In this document: one piece after another, positions 34,656-36,938 of the stretch
How positions within the stretch are numbered: position 1 is the first letter of the stretch
Layout: each line of letters opens with the position of its first letter
Source: a virus
Lineage: Duplodnaviria; Caudoviricetes
Reading direction: 5' to 3' (one strand)
DNA length: 36,938 nucleotides
Virus record (IMG/VR): IMGVR_UViG_3300017747_001923
Coordinates: 1-36,938 of that record
Notes under the pieces: generated by a model
Told to the model about the DNA's origin: nothing
Database searches by the model: none
What the model saw: the letters and a program-made list of their open reading frames with translations, nothing else
Made by a program: the position numbers and the translations under genes

Positions 34656-35765
34656 ATGCCCGAACTTAATTTTAATGCACTAGCTACCGAAGGCCCTCGG
34701 GGTGCGCTTCAAGGGTTTATGTATGGTCAGCAGTTGCAAAATAAAATGCTTGCAGATCAGCAAGCAATGGAATTGAAAAAACAAGAACAACAAATGAACG
34801 CTTTGCGATTAAGTGCTTTTGAAAAAGATCAACAATCAAAAGTGCGGATGGAAAAAGCAAATCTGTTTAAAGAAGGATTACTTCGGTCTCCAACACCTGA
34901 AGCAGCTCGTTCTTTAATCAAACGTCAATATAGTGATCCTGACTTAGGCCCGTTTTTGTCGCAAAGTATTTCCCTTGAAGACGCATTGGCTGAGATTTCC
35001 GACGATCCTGTAAAGTTTGACCAATATAAAACTCAGGAAGCACTTGGAATACCGGATTACATGAAGTCTCAAATGCCTAAAGTTGTAGGCAACGCTGTTT
35101 ATTTACCAAGTGAAAAGAAATTTGTAACAGCTCCCTCGCAACGACTTGTTTCAGTTATCGGTCCCGACGGTCAGCCAAAAATGGTACCTGCGGACGAAGC
35201 TGCTGGAATGGTACCATTGACCGCTGCCACCGCTAAAATGGCAGGTATTGGTGGTGGTGGTGGTGGTAAAGTCGCAACACCTAAACCTTTAACGCAATTA
35301 CAACAACAAAGCTTTAAAAAAGAAATGGCTGCTGATACCACAAGTGTTAAAGCTGCTCAATCTGTTGTTGATGAACTTGAAAAAATTACTGATGAATTGG
35401 TGGGAAATCCTGAAAAAGACATTCCACCGGCTAAAGGATTATCTGGGATTACAGGTTATCAAGCTATATTCCCGTCATTTCCTAACAGTGAATCTCGTAA
35501 GGCTCAACAAAAATTGGATACGTTGAAAGGCAAAGTTATGGCATTTGGTCGTCAGCTTGCCTCAATGCAAGGTAAACTGGGTAACATGGCTGTACAAGAA
35601 TGGAAATTTGTTTCTGATAGTATTCAATCAATTGATCCTGCGGCTGGTAATCTTGACCAACAATTACGCGATATTGTACGTCAAGCTAAAAATTTTTCAA
35701 ATACTATGCAAGAGCGATATGATTTGACTTATGAATCTGCTGCGCCTTCCGTAAGCAATTGGTAA
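34656..35765 (+). CDS. Putative DNA ejection / internal virion protein (gp20 position)
   Basis: Gln/Lys-rich helical protein between the gp7-like gene and the large terminal gene; AAGGA SD. Confidence 0.65.
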   Translation: MPELNFNALATEGPRGALQGFMYGQQLQNKMLADQQAMELKKQEQQMNALRLSAFEKDQQSKVRMEKANLFKEGLLRSPTPEAARSLIKRQYSDPDLGPFLSQSISLEDALAEISDDPVKFDQYKTQEALGIPDYMKSQMPKVVGNAVYLPSEKKFVTAPSQRLVSVIGPDGQPKMVPADEAAGMVPLTAATAKMAGIGGGGGGKVATPKPLTQLQQQSFKKEMAADTTSVKAAQSVVDELEKITDELVGNPEKDIPPAKGLSGITGYQAIFPSFPNSESRKAQQKLDTLKGKVMAFGRQLASMQGKLGNMAVQEWKFVSDSIQSIDPAAGNLDQQLRDIVRQAKNFSNTMQERYDLTYESAAPSVSNW

Positions 35766-35774
35766 GGAGTTAAA

Positions 35775-36938
35775 ATGCCTCGCAATATTACGGTAACTTT
35801 TTCAGACGGTACTTCCCACGTTTATGAAAACGCGCCTGATGATATAACGCCCGATATGGTAACTGCTCGGGCGCGAAAAGATTTTAATAAATCAGTAACT
35901 TCCCTTGATGGTGGACGACGTGCCACACCTGCAACAATTTCTAAAATTCCAATTCCTGCAACAATTTCTGAAATTCCCACCCCTCGTCAAGAATCAAGTT
36001 TATATTCCCGAGTACGACCATATGTTGCCCCAGTTGTAGAAGCACTTGGCGCTGGCGGTGGTGCTCTTTTAGGTGGTACTGCTGGAACTTTTGGTGGTGG
36101 TCCTATAGGTACTGTAGCAGGCGGTGTTACTGGTGCTGGACTGGGCTACGGTGCTGCCAAGGAACTCCTCGAGTTAGGTGATGTATACCTTGGTGGTAAA
36201 ACTCCACGTCAAGGTGTTGCGCAAATTACTGAGCCTGTGCGAAATGTACTTGAAGGAGCTGCATTCGAAGTTGGTGGTAGGGCTGCTGCTGAAGTTGTCG
36301 GAAGGACCGTAAAAGGTATTCGCAGCATGGTGCAAGAAAGATCAAAAAAAAGGGCTGCGAATATAGCGAAACAAGCCCTTAGATCGGACTTACCCGACGT
36401 TGTAAATGCGTTACGCACAGTTTCTCCAGGGACTTCCGTTGCAGAAGCAACAGCATTTATACAAAATCCAGCATGGCAGGCACTTGTTAAAGATTCTTTG
36501 GAGGCTACCCCGCAAGGCGCTCAGTATCTTAATAAACTAAAATCTATGAATCAAGAAGAAGGGGTTAACGCTTTAGCGAAAATAGTTGGTGGTAAAACTG
36601 CTACGGAAGCACGCGCCGCCGCTGAAATTGAAAAACGCGCATTAACTGAAACAACAGAACCAATGCGAAAAGCTGCAATTCAAAAAGCCGATATCGGGCA
36701 AGATGTAGTAAGATTTTCCCGTGAAGCTGGTCGATTGGAAGCTGAAGCCGCTGAAAAAGTTGAAGAAGTCCGTCGATTAATGGCTGCTGGTGAAACTGCT
36801 GAAAAAGCTTCGCAGCAAGTTTATAAACCTTTAGGACAACCTCGCGCACCAGGACAATACACATATCCAGGTGAATTGGCAATTAAAGCGGATGAATGGG
36901 CAACCGCTGCTGCTAAAGGGTCACTCGATGCTGGAGAA
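35775..36938 (+). CDS. N-terminal part of the large putative ejection protein (continues at 1..1095), not in the ORF track
   Basis: AAGGAG SD then ATG CCT CGC AAT (MPRNITVTFSDGTSHVYENAPDD...); Gly-rich hydrophobic segment; in frame with position 36816 (= position 1). Confidence 0.8.
   Translation, partial: MPRNITVTFSDGTSHVYENAPDDITPDMVTARARKDFNKSVTSLDGGRRATPATISKIPIPATISEIPTPRQESSLYSRVRPYVAPVVEALGAGGGALLGGTAGTFGGGPIGTVAGGVTGAGLGYGAAKELLELGDVYLGGKTPRQGVAQITEPVRNVLEGAAFEVGGRAAAEVVGRTVKGIRSMVQERSKKRAANIAKQALRSDLPDVVNALRTVSPGTSVAEATAFIQNPAWQALVKDSLEATPQGAQYLNKLKSMNQEEGVNALAKIVGGKTATEARAAAEIEKRALTETTEPMRKAAIQKADIGQDVVRFSREAGRLEAEAAEKVEEVRRLMAAGETAEKASQQVYKPLGQPRAPGQYTYPGELAIKADEWATAAAKGSLDAGE
36816..36938. 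repeat. Terminal direct repeat, right copy (identical to 1-123)
   Basis: Direct sequence identity. Confidence 0.95.

Noticed and set aside
35250-35267. (GGT)6 microsatellite as a phase-variation site
   Set aside because: It is an in-frame poly-Gly linker; length changes would not switch expression.
35928-35978. 27-bp-period duplication (PATISKIP / PATISEIP)
   Set aside because: Only two copies in a low-complexity linker, with no evidence of function.

Overview
The window is almost certainly a complete, circularly permuted genome of a short-tailed (P22-like morphogenesis) dsDNA bacteriophage. Bases 1-123 are identical to 36816-36938, giving a unit length of about 36,815 bp, and one ~711-aa gene runs across that junction. 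The modules are: (i) lysis and adjacent genes (HNH protein with a signal-like N-terminus, permuted NlpC/P60-like protein, GH108 endolysin, 3-TM holin); (ii) a very AT-rich minus-strand accessory block containing a heptapeptide-repeat protein; (iii) a minus-strand replication module (MazG-like, SNF2 helicase, VRR-NUC, DUF3310, family B DNA polymerase, DUF2815 SSB, DUF2800 nuclease, RHH regulator) divergent from a primase-polymerase/DUF3987 gene; (iv) a GC-rich operon of small, mostly acidic genes with its own sigma70 promoter and terminator, whose genes are joined by a conserved 16-nt junction, followed by an XRE-HTH gene and a glutaredoxin; (v) a ~0.85-kb non-coding control region dense in palindromes, iteron-like repeats and a G-quadruplex-like motif; and (vi) packaging, head, tail and ejection genes (TerS, TerL, GroES, portal, ferritin-like protein, tailspike, scaffold, coat, gp4/gp10/gp26-like, ejection proteins). 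I saw no integrase, tRNA, CRISPR array or reverse transcriptase. The most interesting candidate system is the cassette-like early operon with conserved gene junctions. All family assignments come from motif recognition by eye, not database searches.
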